A stretch of DNA of 64,000 nt, from IMG/VR virus record IMGVR_UViG_3300020388_000010; one strand, given 5' to 3'. Source of the stretch: a virus (Duplodnaviria > Caudoviricetes). Of this stretch, positions 37,925-47,434 are shown piece by piece (position 1 is the stretch's first letter; every line of letters begins with the position of its first letter). The position numbers were made by a program, and so were the translations under genes. The notes below the pieces were generated by a model that did not search any database, was not told where the DNA came from, and saw nothing but the letters and a program-made list of their open reading frames with translations.

Positions 37925-38689
37925 ATGGTTGATACAAATGAACAGGCAATTAATCTTGCAAAAGATATTAAGATGTCAATGGTTACTAAACCAGCATTAA
38001 ATATGTTGGAAGTATTTTTACCAGAATATGTTACAGATGAATTTAATGAGTATATTGATGGTGTAAGAGGAAGTGCAAAAAGTTTTTCACACGAACTTGT
38101 AGGACAAATTAAAGCAAATAAAAAGTCTGCACAATTAGATATGAACTTTGAAGATAAGCCAGTAAAAGGTTTGAAAGCACTTCTTGAAGGTTTTACACTT
38201 TCATATCTACAATTTTTAGGTTGTGCAGATGCAAAAAGTGATTGTGTATCTATGTGGTCAGTACATAGTTATGAAGGTGATTATAATCCACTACACGATC
38301 ACGGTGTTAATACACCTACTGGAATGTCTTGTATTTTATATTTAAAAGTACCACCACAGATAGAAAAATTATCTGGTAGTGCAAAAGAATACGAGACTGG
38401 TGGACTTAAACTAGATTTAAATAATGCATCTGGTACTACTGATGGTTTCACATTTTTTAGTTGGGGTATGAACTGCACTAGTGATATTAAACAATTAAAA
38501 CCAGTTCAAGAAGCATTTGTAAAACCAGAAGTTGGTAAACTATTAATGTTTCCTAATTGGTTAAAACACTCTGTATCACCATTTTATGGTGAAGGAGAAA
38601 GAAGAACTTTATCTGCAAACTTTGAGATAGAATTAAAAACTATGCCTTTACTTGCAGACCAAAAGATACTTGCACAGAGCCCACAATAA
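37925..38689 (+). CDS. Putative 2OG-Fe(II) oxygenase
   Basis: GDYNPLHDH, SCILYLKVP, PEVGKLLMFPNWLKHSVSPF, RRTLSAN. Confidence 0.82.
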   Translation: MVDTNEQAINLAKDIKMSMVTKPALNMLEVFLPEYVTDEFNEYIDGVRGSAKSFSHELVGQIKANKKSAQLDMNFEDKPVKGLKALLEGFTLSYLQFLGCADAKSDCVSMWSVHSYEGDYNPLHDHGVNTPTGMSCILYLKVPPQIEKLSGSAKEYETGGLKLDLNNASGTTDGFTFFSWGMNCTSDIKQLKPVQEAFVKPEVGKLLMFPNWLKHSVSPFYGEGERRTLSANFEIELKTMPLLADQKILAQSPQ

Positions 38690-39090
38690 TGGCATATGAA
38701 TTAAAAGAGTATCTGAATTCTTTAAACTTTAATAAGAATAATCTTATGGACGGTGAGGACGATATGTACGAAAAAAAGTATAGTCCTTTTATTGTAAATA
38801 AATGTCTTGCACCACATAATGATTGTATATTATTAGTGAATGAAATGAATCGTTATGGTTCAGTTTTAGACAAAGACAAGAAGTTGCAATATGACTTTTT
38901 ACTAAATACTATAAGAACAAGAAAAAGATATGCCCCTTGGATAAGGGAAAGCAAATCTAAAAATCTTGAGTATGTAAAAGAATATTATGGATATAATAAC
39001 TCTAAAGCTAAATCAATTCTTGACATACTTAACGATAAACAAATAGAGTTTATCAAAAGTAAACTGAATAAAGGTGGAATGAAAAAATGA
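38689..39090 (+). CDS. gp62: Clamp loader small subunit gp62
   Basis: YSPFIVNKCL, NEMN, QYDFLLN, VKEYYGYNNSKA. Confidence 0.92.
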   Translation: MAYELKEYLNSLNFNKNNLMDGEDDMYEKKYSPFIVNKCLAPHNDCILLVNEMNRYGSVLDKDKKLQYDFLLNTIRTRKRYAPWIRESKSKNLEYVKEYYGYNNSKAKSILDILNDKQIEFIKSKLNKGGMKK

Positions 39091-39512
39091 ACGAAACTTT
39101 ATGGAACACAGATAAGATGTTAGAAGTTTCTTTGAAAGAACCAGATGATTTTTTAAAGGTTAGGGAAACACTTTCCAGAATCGGAGTATCATCTAGAAAA
39201 GAAAAGAAACTTTTTCAATCTTGTCACATACTACACAAACAAGGCAAATATTACATAGTTCACTTCAAAGAACTATTTGCACTTGATGGTAAAGAGCACA
39301 ACATATCAGATAACGATATAGGAAGAAGAAATTCTATAGCCTGTCTTTTAAAAGATTGGGGACTAGTTAGTTTTGAGAACGAACCAGAAACCAAAGCTCC
39401 ACTATCACAAATAAAAGTTATCTCTTTTAAAGAAAAAGGTGATTGGATTTTAGAACCAAAATATAATATAGGAAAAAAGAAAGAGGAAACTGATGAGCCA
39501 AAAAGCGATTAA
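39087..39512 (+). CDS. regA: Translational repressor RegA
   Basis: PDDFLKVRETLSRIG, QSCHILHKQGKYYIVHFKELFALDG, KYNIG. Confidence 0.96.
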   Translation: MNETLWNTDKMLEVSLKEPDDFLKVRETLSRIGVSSRKEKKLFQSCHILHKQGKYYIVHFKELFALDGKEHNISDNDIGRRNSIACLLKDWGLVSFENEPETKAPLSQIKVISFKEKGDWILEPKYNIGKKKEETDEPKSD

Positions 39513-39732
39513 ACAAAAATTAAAATCTGCATTTTTACTTCACTCTGAAGGACATATTAAGAAACACCTTGCAAATGTTGAGGTGTTACTTGACAATCCA
39601 AGAGGCATTGGTGAACACGGTGATATCGTAAGTGAAATAGAAAAAGAACTGCACGAGGTCGCTAAATATGAAGATTTAATTGAGGCAATGAACAAATACT
39701 TTCCAGAGGAAAAAGATTTAATTGAGGGTTGA
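39493..39732 (+). CDS. Conserved hypothetical protein
   Basis: HLANVEVLLDNPRGIGEH motif, recurrent in marine T4-like phages. Confidence 0.65.
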   Translation: MSQKAIKQKLKSAFLLHSEGHIKKHLANVEVLLDNPRGIGEHGDIVSEIEKELHEVAKYEDLIEAMNKYFPEEKDLIEG

Positions 39733-39756
39733 CTATTTTTAAAAAGGTGATATAGT
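39729..39756 (+). promoter_or_regulatory. sigma70-type promoter, apparently leaderless, for gp43
   Basis: TTGACT-16-TATAGT; ATG 6 nt downstream, no SD. Confidence 0.55.
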
Positions 39757-39762
39757 TATATT

Positions 39763-42252
39763 ATGGATTTTTATACTAATGTAGTGCAATGGGGTAATTT
39801 TCTTTTAGTTCGTGGTGTTGATAAAAATCAAAGAGTAAGTTTTAGATTAAAATACAAACCAACTTTGTTTGTTCCAGTAATGAAACAAACGGATTGGAAA
39901 ACTCTTGATGGTAAATCAGTAACACCATATCAATTTGATTGTATAAAAGATGCAAAGGACTTTTTTCTCAAATACGAAAGTCAGCCTCATCTTGTTCACG
40001 GACTAAACAGATTTGCATACACATATATTTCAGATACATTTCCACAGAAGGTAAACTGGAACATTGATAAACTATTAATTATGACGATTGATATTGAGGT
40101 TCAATGTGAGAATGGTTTTCCTAATCCAGAATCTGCAATAGAACCTTTACTTTCTATTACAGTTAAAGACCAACAATCTAAAAAAATTATAGTGTGGGGT
40201 ATTCAACCTTACGAGAATACAAGAGAAAATGTTACTTATATTCGTTGTCCTAACGAACACGATTTGATTATGGAGTTTATGTCTTTCTGGACAAAGAACT
40301 ATCCAGATGTTATTACTGGTTGGAATACAGACTTCTTTGATATTCCTTATCTTGCAAATAGAATCAAACAAGTTTGTGGTGAAGATAAAATGCGAGAACT
40401 ATCACCTTGGAAAAATGTTAGTGCAAGAAAAATATATAGTATGGGTAGAAATCATTTGATGTATGACATTATGGGTGTATCTCAATATGATTATTTACAA
40501 CTCTATCAAAAGTTTACTTACACCAGACAAGAATCATACAAGTTAGATTATATTGCAAGTGTAGAGCTTGGTGAAAAGAAAGATGAAAATCCATACGAAA
40601 CATTTAGAGAGTGGTATGAAAAAGACTTTCAATCTTTCATTGATTATAATATTCAAGATGTGGAAATAGTTGACAAACTAGAAGACAAGATGGGTTTGAT
40701 TGACCTTGCACTTACTATGGCCTATGAGGGTAAAGTAAATTATTCAGATGTGTTTGGTCAAGTTAAATATTGGGATATTTTAATCTATAACTTCTTGAGA
40801 AAAAGAAAGATTGTTATACCACAGAAAAAGTCTTATAACAAAAACGAACAATATGAAGGTGCATATGTAAAAGAACCGATTACTGGTTTACATAAGTGGG
40901 TTGTATCATTTGATTTGAATTCACTATATCCACATTTAATTATGCAATATAATCTCTCACCAGAAACATTATTGAAAAGTAAACATCAAGACATTACAGT
41001 TGATGATATGTTAAAAGGTATTAAACTAGACATACCAGATAGAACTACTATGACACCAAATGGTGCATTGTTTAGAACAGATAAAAAAGGTTTCTTACCA
41101 ACTATGATGGAAGAGTTATACAATGAACGAGTGACTTACAAAAAGAAAATGTTATCTGCACAACAAGAATTTGAAAACACAAAAGACAACAAGTATAAAA
41201 AACTGATAAGTCGTTATAACAATATTCAGATGGCTCGTAAGATTTCTTTGAACTCTGCTTATGGTGCAATAGGTAATCAATATTTTCGTTATTACGATAA
41301 AGCGATTGCAGAGGGTATTACAAAGAGTGGTCAATTATCTATTCGTTGGATTGAAAACAAACTTAACAAATATCTAAACAATGTTTTAAAAACAGATGAT
41401 GATTATGTGATTGCATCTGATACCGACTCTGTTTATTTGACTATGGATAAACTTGTTAGTGAAACAATTAAAAGTGATAATGCACTTAGTAAAACAATAA
41501 ACTTTCTAGACAAGGTTGCATCAGAATCTATTGAACCATACATTACAAAATCGTATGACGAACTTAAACAATACACAAATGCATATGCAAATAAGATGTT
41601 TATGAAACGAGAAGTGATTGCAGACAAAGGTATTTGGGTTGCAAAGAAAAGATATATTCTAAATGTTTGGGATAGTGAAGGTGTATCATACAAAGAAGCA
41701 AAGTTGAAGATGATGGGTATTGAAGCTGTCAAGTCATCAACGCCTGCAATGTGTAGACAAAAGATTAAAGATGCACTTGAACTTATAATGACAAGTGATG
41801 AAAAAGAATTAAACAAGTTTGTAATTAATTTTAGAGAAGAGTTTCTTAAAGTAAAACCAGAATTGATTTCGTTTCCTCGTTCAGTAAATGGTTTATCAAA
41901 ATACTTTGATAGTGGAACAACATTTAAAAAGTCAACACCTATGCATATCAAAGGTGCATTGATATACAATCATAAGATAAAACAAAATAAACTTATAAAC
42001 AAATACCCTTTGATACAAGAGGGTGATAAGATTAAGTTTGTTTATTTAAAACAACCTAATCCATTTACTTCAAATGTAATCACATACATTACTAAACTTC
42101 CTAAAGAATTTGATATACACAGTTTTGTTGATTATGATATACAGTTTGAAAAAGTTTTCATTGACCCCTTGACATTAATTTTAAATAGTATAAAATGGAA
42201 TATAGATAGAACTTATGGAACACAAGGTAACTTAGAGGATTTTTTTGGGTAA
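39763..42252 (+). CDS. gp43: Family B DNA polymerase gp43
   Basis: DIEV exo I, SFDLNSLYPH, KISLNSAYGAIGN, SDTDS, KKRY. Confidence 0.98.
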   Translation: MDFYTNVVQWGNFLLVRGVDKNQRVSFRLKYKPTLFVPVMKQTDWKTLDGKSVTPYQFDCIKDAKDFFLKYESQPHLVHGLNRFAYTYISDTFPQKVNWNIDKLLIMTIDIEVQCENGFPNPESAIEPLLSITVKDQQSKKIIVWGIQPYENTRENVTYIRCPNEHDLIMEFMSFWTKNYPDVITGWNTDFFDIPYLANRIKQVCGEDKMRELSPWKNVSARKIYSMGRNHLMYDIMGVSQYDYLQLYQKFTYTRQESYKLDYIASVELGEKKDENPYETFREWYEKDFQSFIDYNIQDVEIVDKLEDKMGLIDLALTMAYEGKVNYSDVFGQVKYWDILIYNFLRKRKIVIPQKKSYNKNEQYEGAYVKEPITGLHKWVVSFDLNSLYPHLIMQYNLSPETLLKSKHQDITVDDMLKGIKLDIPDRTTMTPNGALFRTDKKGFLPTMMEELYNERVTYKKKMLSAQQEFENTKDNKYKKLISRYNNIQMARKISLNSAYGAIGNQYFRYYDKAIAEGITKSGQLSIRWIENKLNKYLNNVLKTDDDYVIASDTDSVYLTMDKLVSETIKSDNALSKTINFLDKVASESIEPYITKSYDELKQYTNAYANKMFMKREVIADKGIWVAKKRYILNVWDSEGVSYKEAKLKMMGIEAVKSSTPAMCRQKIKDALELIMTSDEKELNKFVINFREEFLKVKPELISFPRSVNGLSKYFDSGTTFKKSTPMHIKGALIYNHKIKQNKLINKYPLIQEGDKIKFVYLKQPNPFTSNVITYITKLPKEFDIHSFVDYDIQFEKVFIDPLTLILNSIKWNIDRTYGTQGNLEDFFG

Positions 42253-43444
42253 TTATTTTAGATATACATTAGACGATTTAGAAAAGTCTGCAAATAGAAA
42301 ACTATTTAATTTTATCAGCTTCTTTGCTGGTGGAGGTGGTTCTTCTTGTGGATATAAATTATCTGGTGGTGAATGTTTATTTGTAAATGAGTTTCAACAA
42401 GTTGCAGTAAATGATTATCTTGCAAACTTTCCAAACACACAACATATCTGTGGTGATATTAAAAATGTCACTGGTCAAAAGATTATGGAAATGACTGGAT
42501 TAAAGCCTGGTGAGTTAGATATATTAGATGGTTCACCACCTTGTCCACCATTTAGTATGTCTGGTACAAAACAAAAAGGTTGGAATCAAGAAAAAACTGC
42601 ATATGGTATGAAACAAAAAAACATTGAAGATTTAACTTGGGAACAAATTAGAATTGTTGGTGATTTAAAACCTAGAGTTGTTGTTTGTGAAAATGTTAAA
42701 GGTTTAACAATGGATTATGCAAGAGATCATTTAAATAGAATGGTTAAAGATTTTGAATCACACGGATATCATACAGTATGGAGAGTTTTAAAAGGACACG
42801 AACACGGAGTTCCACAAAAGAGAGAAAGAGTTTTTATAGTATCAGTTAGAGAAGATGTATTAGATGATATAGGTTTACCTTTTATGTGTTTAGATAGTTC
42901 TATATTTCCAGACCCAAAAGAAGAAAGATATAATATTAAAGATGCAATATATGATATACAAAAGACAAATAAAAATATATCTGAAGCATTTGAATTAAAA
43001 GAGTCTATGAAGAAAAGTGCTAAATATAAGTGGTTAAAAAGATTACAAAAGAATCCAGACAAAGTTATGTCTGTTGGTGATGATGTTGTCGGGCCTTGGT
43101 ATAGAAAAGTAATTGAACATAGAAAGAAGTGGGGTAAAAGTGAATGGAAAGAAAAACATAGTTTTTATCAATCAAGAAGAGTGCCTTGGAATCAACCAAG
43201 TCATACTCTATCAGAACAAGGATTAAGACAATCTCTTGCAGTTCATTTACACCCAGAAGAAGATAGAGTTTTTACTACTATTGAGGCTGCAAGAATAATG
43301 ACATTACCAGAAGATTATAAACTTGTTGGTAAATTAGATGACAACCTTGCGAGGATAGGGTTGATGGTTGCACCTTTACAATTACATTATCTATCAAAAA
43401 AGATTTATGAAAATATCCTAAAACCATATAAGGAGACAAAATGA
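42245..43444 (+). CDS. DNA (cytosine-5) methyltransferase (TTG start)
   Basis: Motif I FAGGGG, IV GSPPCPPFS, VI ENVKG, VIII PQKRERVF, IX/X EAARIMTLPEDY. Confidence 0.93.
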   Translation: MGNYFRYTLDDLEKSANRKLFNFISFFAGGGGSSCGYKLSGGECLFVNEFQQVAVNDYLANFPNTQHICGDIKNVTGQKIMEMTGLKPGELDILDGSPPCPPFSMSGTKQKGWNQEKTAYGMKQKNIEDLTWEQIRIVGDLKPRVVVCENVKGLTMDYARDHLNRMVKDFESHGYHTVWRVLKGHEHGVPQKRERVFIVSVREDVLDDIGLPFMCLDSSIFPDPKEERYNIKDAIYDIQKTNKNISEAFELKESMKKSAKYKWLKRLQKNPDKVMSVGDDVVGPWYRKVIEHRKKWGKSEWKEKHSFYQSRRVPWNQPSHTLSEQGLRQSLAVHLHPEEDRVFTTIEAARIMTLPEDYKLVGKLDDNLARIGLMVAPLQLHYLSKKIYENILKPYKETK

Positions 43445-44421
43445 AAAAAATAGTATTAGAAAAAGATTATGGTAAGAAAGAAACATTTGAAAAATGGAAT
43501 GGTAAATTCTTAGATGATTCATCTTATGATAAAGTTTACAAAGTTACACAAAAAGAAGATTTAGGAATAATGAAACCAGTAAGGTCATTAGATGGTTCTG
43601 ATGTTCCCCTTGCATATGTTGTAAACAATGTATATCCTAATGATGATATTAGAGATGTTCTCACAACAATAGAAGATACATCTACAATGAGAGCAAATTG
43701 TTCTGGGCCTATTGATAAAGAAGAAATGAAGAAAAAAGGTTTGATAGAGGGTGAACATTATAAATTAAGAACACCAAACTCTTATTATGTAAAAACCAAA
43801 TCTGGTAAATGGGGTATGATTGCATACAGTAATGAAATACATTCAGTAATGATAGGATATAAAAGAGGAAGATTTACTGGTGCAATAGATTCATCTGGTT
43901 GGTGTAAAGATAATAAAGAGAGATGGGAAAGACTTCAAGAGATATCTAAATGGAATGAGATTGCATTTAAGAAAGCAAACGAACAAGTATACAAATCTCA
44001 AAAGAGTTTTGCAGATAATAACATAAAACCAGAACATAGAGTTGGTGGTGGTATATTTACAACACTTTCTGCAAATAGATATTCTGCATATCAATCTACA
44101 AAGATGTCTGCACATATTGATAGTGGAGATACAGATGCTGGACTTACATCAATGTGCGTTTTCAGAGAAGGTGATTATGAGGGTGCATACTTAGTGTTTC
44201 CTAGATATGGAGTTGCTCTTGATGCACCAGATAACTCAGTAATCATTGCAGATAGTAATGAAGTACACGGAGTTACAGAGATAAGAGGTTCTGGACAAAG
44301 GTTTAGTTGTGTTGCATATTGTGATAGAAGACTCGCAACAGTAGGTGTTTATGGTAAACAAGAAAAACTTATTGGTAAGTATGCAGCTAAAGAAAGTGGA
44401 AACTTAGAAGAATTTATGTAA
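43441..44421 (+). CDS. TET/JBP-family 5-methylpyrimidine dioxygenase
   Basis: FTTLSANR, HxD in AHIDSGD, GAYLVFPRYG, HGVTEI, RFSCVAY; coupled to a C5-MTase. Confidence 0.82.
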   Translation: MKKIVLEKDYGKKETFEKWNGKFLDDSSYDKVYKVTQKEDLGIMKPVRSLDGSDVPLAYVVNNVYPNDDIRDVLTTIEDTSTMRANCSGPIDKEEMKKKGLIEGEHYKLRTPNSYYVKTKSGKWGMIAYSNEIHSVMIGYKRGRFTGAIDSSGWCKDNKERWERLQEISKWNEIAFKKANEQVYKSQKSFADNNIKPEHRVGGGIFTTLSANRYSAYQSTKMSAHIDSGDTDAGLTSMCVFREGDYEGAYLVFPRYGVALDAPDNSVIIADSNEVHGVTEIRGSGQRFSCVAYCDRRLATVGVYGKQEKLIGKYAAKESGNLEEFM

Positions 44422-44525
44422 CTACACATTTTGCAGACCCTTATATAGTGGTATTATTGAGAGAGTGTGTTATATTAAAATAGAATCACAATTAAGTGAT
44501 ATCCATTAAAACAAAAGGAGTTAAG

Positions 44526-45512
44526 ATGGAAATTAAAAAAAAGGCAATATCAGCCTCAGAAGAAATATTAGGATTTAATCCTAAATCAAAAGAAGAAGAT
44601 ATCTTTAGAGTTGTAATGACACCAAAAATGGCAAGGTATATTCTTAATAATCATAATAAACATAACAGAAAGTTTGTTCCAGCTCAATTAAAAGCAATAA
44701 ACCTTAGTGTAGACAGACATAACTGGTTACACACTGGTGATACTTGTGCATTTGATACAACTGGCAATTTAACTGAGTTTCAACATAGACTAGAAAATAT
44801 TGCAGCTGAAAGAAAAAACAGAGTTGTTTGGATTGCAACTGGTGTTAGAAAAGATAGTTTTGAAAAGGCTGCACCAGCAAAAAACCGAACTAAGTTTGAT
44901 GTTGTATGGCGTTATGAAAAAAGTGCAACAAAAGATGAGGTCACTACCTTAGAACAAGTTTTAAGAATGAGAAAAGGGAAGGACAAACAATCTATTGATA
45001 CCGAAACTTTAACAATGGTAAATGCACTAAGTTTATTTAGAGTATGGAAAGAATATATTCGTATAGGTATGAACATAACCAATAAATTTTTTGAAGATAA
45101 AAAAGTTAGAAGATTTTTACCTTGGCAAAGAATTTTAAATGCTTGGGCAACAATTTTAGTCTTTCAAGGTAAAGATGAAATACCAAAAAACTTTTTATCA
45201 CTACTTAAAACTCATCTCACAACAACAAAAAAAGTTCAACTCTTTACAGAAATGAATGAGTATTTTCTTGGAGATGAGGGTAAAGGTGTCGGTTGGATTA
45301 CTGGAACAAAAAAATCTGAACAGATGTTTTATATGTTATGTAAAGCCACAGATAGATTTTTAATCGCACCAGAAGGTGATTGTGAGTTCGGTTTAAGTCT
45401 TGCAGAATCTAATCACACAAATATGCTTCAACAGAGTTCAACTTATAGAAGTTTTTTAATGAATCCTCAAGGATTAAAATTAAAAACTAAAAACATAGTA
45501 ACTTTATTTTAG
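44526..45512 (+). CDS. ParB/Srx-like (DGQHR-like) domain protein
   Basis: AAGGAG RBS before ATG 44526; TPKMARYIL..NR..W..TGD..FD..GNLTEFQHRL. Confidence 0.55.
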   Translation: MEIKKKAISASEEILGFNPKSKEEDIFRVVMTPKMARYILNNHNKHNRKFVPAQLKAINLSVDRHNWLHTGDTCAFDTTGNLTEFQHRLENIAAERKNRVVWIATGVRKDSFEKAAPAKNRTKFDVVWRYEKSATKDEVTTLEQVLRMRKGKDKQSIDTETLTMVNALSLFRVWKEYIRIGMNITNKFFEDKKVRRFLPWQRILNAWATILVFQGKDEIPKNFLSLLKTHLTTTKKVQLFTEMNEYFLGDEGKGVGWITGTKKSEQMFYMLCKATDRFLIAPEGDCEFGLSLAESNHTNMLQQSSTYRSFLMNPQGLKLKTKNIVTLF

Positions 45513-45515
45513 ATT

Positions 45516-46040
45516 ATGATTATAATGATTAGTGGTATACCTTGCTCTGGCAAAACCACATTACTTAAATCTATAATAAAAGACTTGGGTTCATATGAAA
45601 ATTGTGAACCCACTTCTTTATTTAAATGTCAAAAATTTAAAGATGTTCTTGTAATAGGTCAATATCCAGAAAATGAAACATTTGGTGGTACTGACAGATT
45701 ATCATATGGAACAATTAGTAAGTTTCAAGATTTTATAAACACACAATCAAAACAATATAAACACATTATCTTTGAGGGTGATAGGTTCACAAATAATATT
45801 GAGTGGGTACTTGACAAACACCAAAGTATAGTGTATATTCTAATAGTAAGCTATGAAGAAGAAAATAAAAGACACACTTTGAGAAAAGACAATCAAAGTG
45901 AAACTTGGTTAAAAGGAAGAAGAACCCAAATAGACAATATACAAAAGAATTTAAGTCTTATGGGAAGATTACAGATTAGAGATACTTCAGATGGTATCAA
46001 TACTGTAAAGGGTGAAATTATGGAGATACTGAATGCCTGA
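45516..46040 (+). CDS. P-loop nucleotide kinase-like protein
   Basis: [11 protein letters not shown]...[15 protein letters not shown]. Confidence 0.7.
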   Translation: MIIMISGIPCSGKTTLLKSIIKDLGSYENCEPTSLFKCQKFKDVLVIGQYPENETFGGTDRLSYGTISKFQDFINTQSKQYKHIIFEGDRFTNNIEWVLDKHQSIVYILIVSYEEENKRHTLRKDNQSETWLKGRRTQIDNIQKNLSLMGRLQIRDTSDGINTVKGEIMEILNA

Positions 46041-47073
46041 TTTTTTAAAAGAAGTTATCAAAACAACTGGTAACGAATATGCATCATTAGTTTCAGACGG
46101 AGTTGGAGCTGGTGATGTAGATGAATTTATTGATACTGGGTCATATGCTTTAAATGCATTATTATCTGGTTCAATAAATGGTGGACTTCCAGCAAATAAG
46201 ATTACTGCAATCGCTGGTGAAAGTGCAACTGGTAAAACATTTTTTCTGATGGGTATGTGTAAAAACTTTCTGGACAAAAATCCAGAGAGTGGTGTCATAT
46301 ACTTTGAAAGTGAAAGTGCGATTACTAAACAAATGATTATTGATAGAGGTATTGACCCATCAAGAATGGTTATACTTCCAGTAACAACAGTACAAGAATT
46401 TAGAACTCAATCATTGAAAGTTCTAGATAGCTATATTAATCAAGAAGAATCTATTCGTAGACCATTATTTCTTGCATTAGATTCACTTGGTATGTTATCA
46501 ACAACAAAAGAAGTTGAAGATACTGCTGAGGGAAAAGAAACAAGAGATATGACTCGTGCTCAAGTTCTTAAAGCTGCATTTAGAGTGTTGACTTTAAAAC
46601 TTGGTAAAGCAAAAGTACCTATGGTTGTAACGAATCACACATATGATGTTGTTGGTTCTATGTTTCCAACAAAAGAAATGGGTGGTGGTTCTGGATTAAA
46701 ATATGCAGCTTCTTCTATTGTATATCTTTCTAAAAGAAAAGAAAAAGAAGGAACAGAAGTTGTAGGTAATATTATACATTGTAAAAACTTTAAATCAAGA
46801 CTTACCATTGAAAACAAAATGGTAGATGTTAGACTAACATATAATAAAGGTCTTGATAGATATTATGGATTACTTGAACTTGCAGAAAAATATAAAGTAT
46901 TCAAAAAAGTTTCAACAAGGTATGAATTACCAGACGGTTCAAAACAATATGGTAAAACTATATTGAATGACCCAAAGAAATATTTCACTAAAGATGTTAT
47001 GGCCATCTTAGATGAATGTGCAAAAAAGGAATTTAGATATGGTGGAACAGAAAGCGTTGAAGAAAGCGAATGA
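46033..47073 (+). CDS. uvsX: Recombinase UvsX (RecA-like)
   Basis: [39 protein letters not shown]. Confidence 0.96.
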   Translation: MPDFLKEVIKTTGNEYASLVSDGVGAGDVDEFIDTGSYALNALLSGSINGGLPANKITAIAGESATGKTFFLMGMCKNFLDKNPESGVIYFESESAITKQMIIDRGIDPSRMVILPVTTVQEFRTQSLKVLDSYINQEESIRRPLFLALDSLGMLSTTKEVEDTAEGKETRDMTRAQVLKAAFRVLTLKLGKAKVPMVVTNHTYDVVGSMFPTKEMGGGSGLKYAASSIVYLSKRKEKEGTEVVGNIIHCKNFKSRLTIENKMVDVRLTYNKGLDRYYGLLELAEKYKVFKKVSTRYELPDGSKQYGKTILNDPKKYFTKDVMAILDECAKKEFRYGGTESVEESE

Positions 47074-47434
47074 TACCTCAAAAAGATATTTAGGTAATAT
47101 CGCAGATAGTTATGTTTTCTTAGAAAACAAATCAAAATCACAACAAGATTGCATTGGTATTAAAGGTGGTAGATATGATGGTGTAGTATTCAAGTTTGGA
47201 AAGATTGCATCAGTACAAGACTCACAAAACCAAGGCTTAGAAGCAGTTCTTAAATTTCAATATACAGTTGTTGATTACAACGGATTGAAAGAAGAACATT
47301 TGAATATAGATTTCAAAAATCTTCTAGGTGATATACTTTGTGATATAGTAGATAAACATTATTCAGAGGGGGTAATTAGTGGTACAAAATCAAACGATAG
47401 AAGTAACGACACTAAGTCAGTTATTGAACAATGA
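47039..47434 (+). CDS. Hypothetical protein in the T4 gp40 position
   Basis: Between uvsX and gp41; [27 protein letters not shown]. Confidence 0.55.
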   Translation: MVEQKALKKANDTSKRYLGNIADSYVFLENKSKSQQDCIGIKGGRYDGVVFKFGKIASVQDSQNQGLEAVLKFQYTVVDYNGLKEEHLNIDFKNLLGDILCDIVDKHYSEGVISGTKSNDRSNDTKSVIEQ

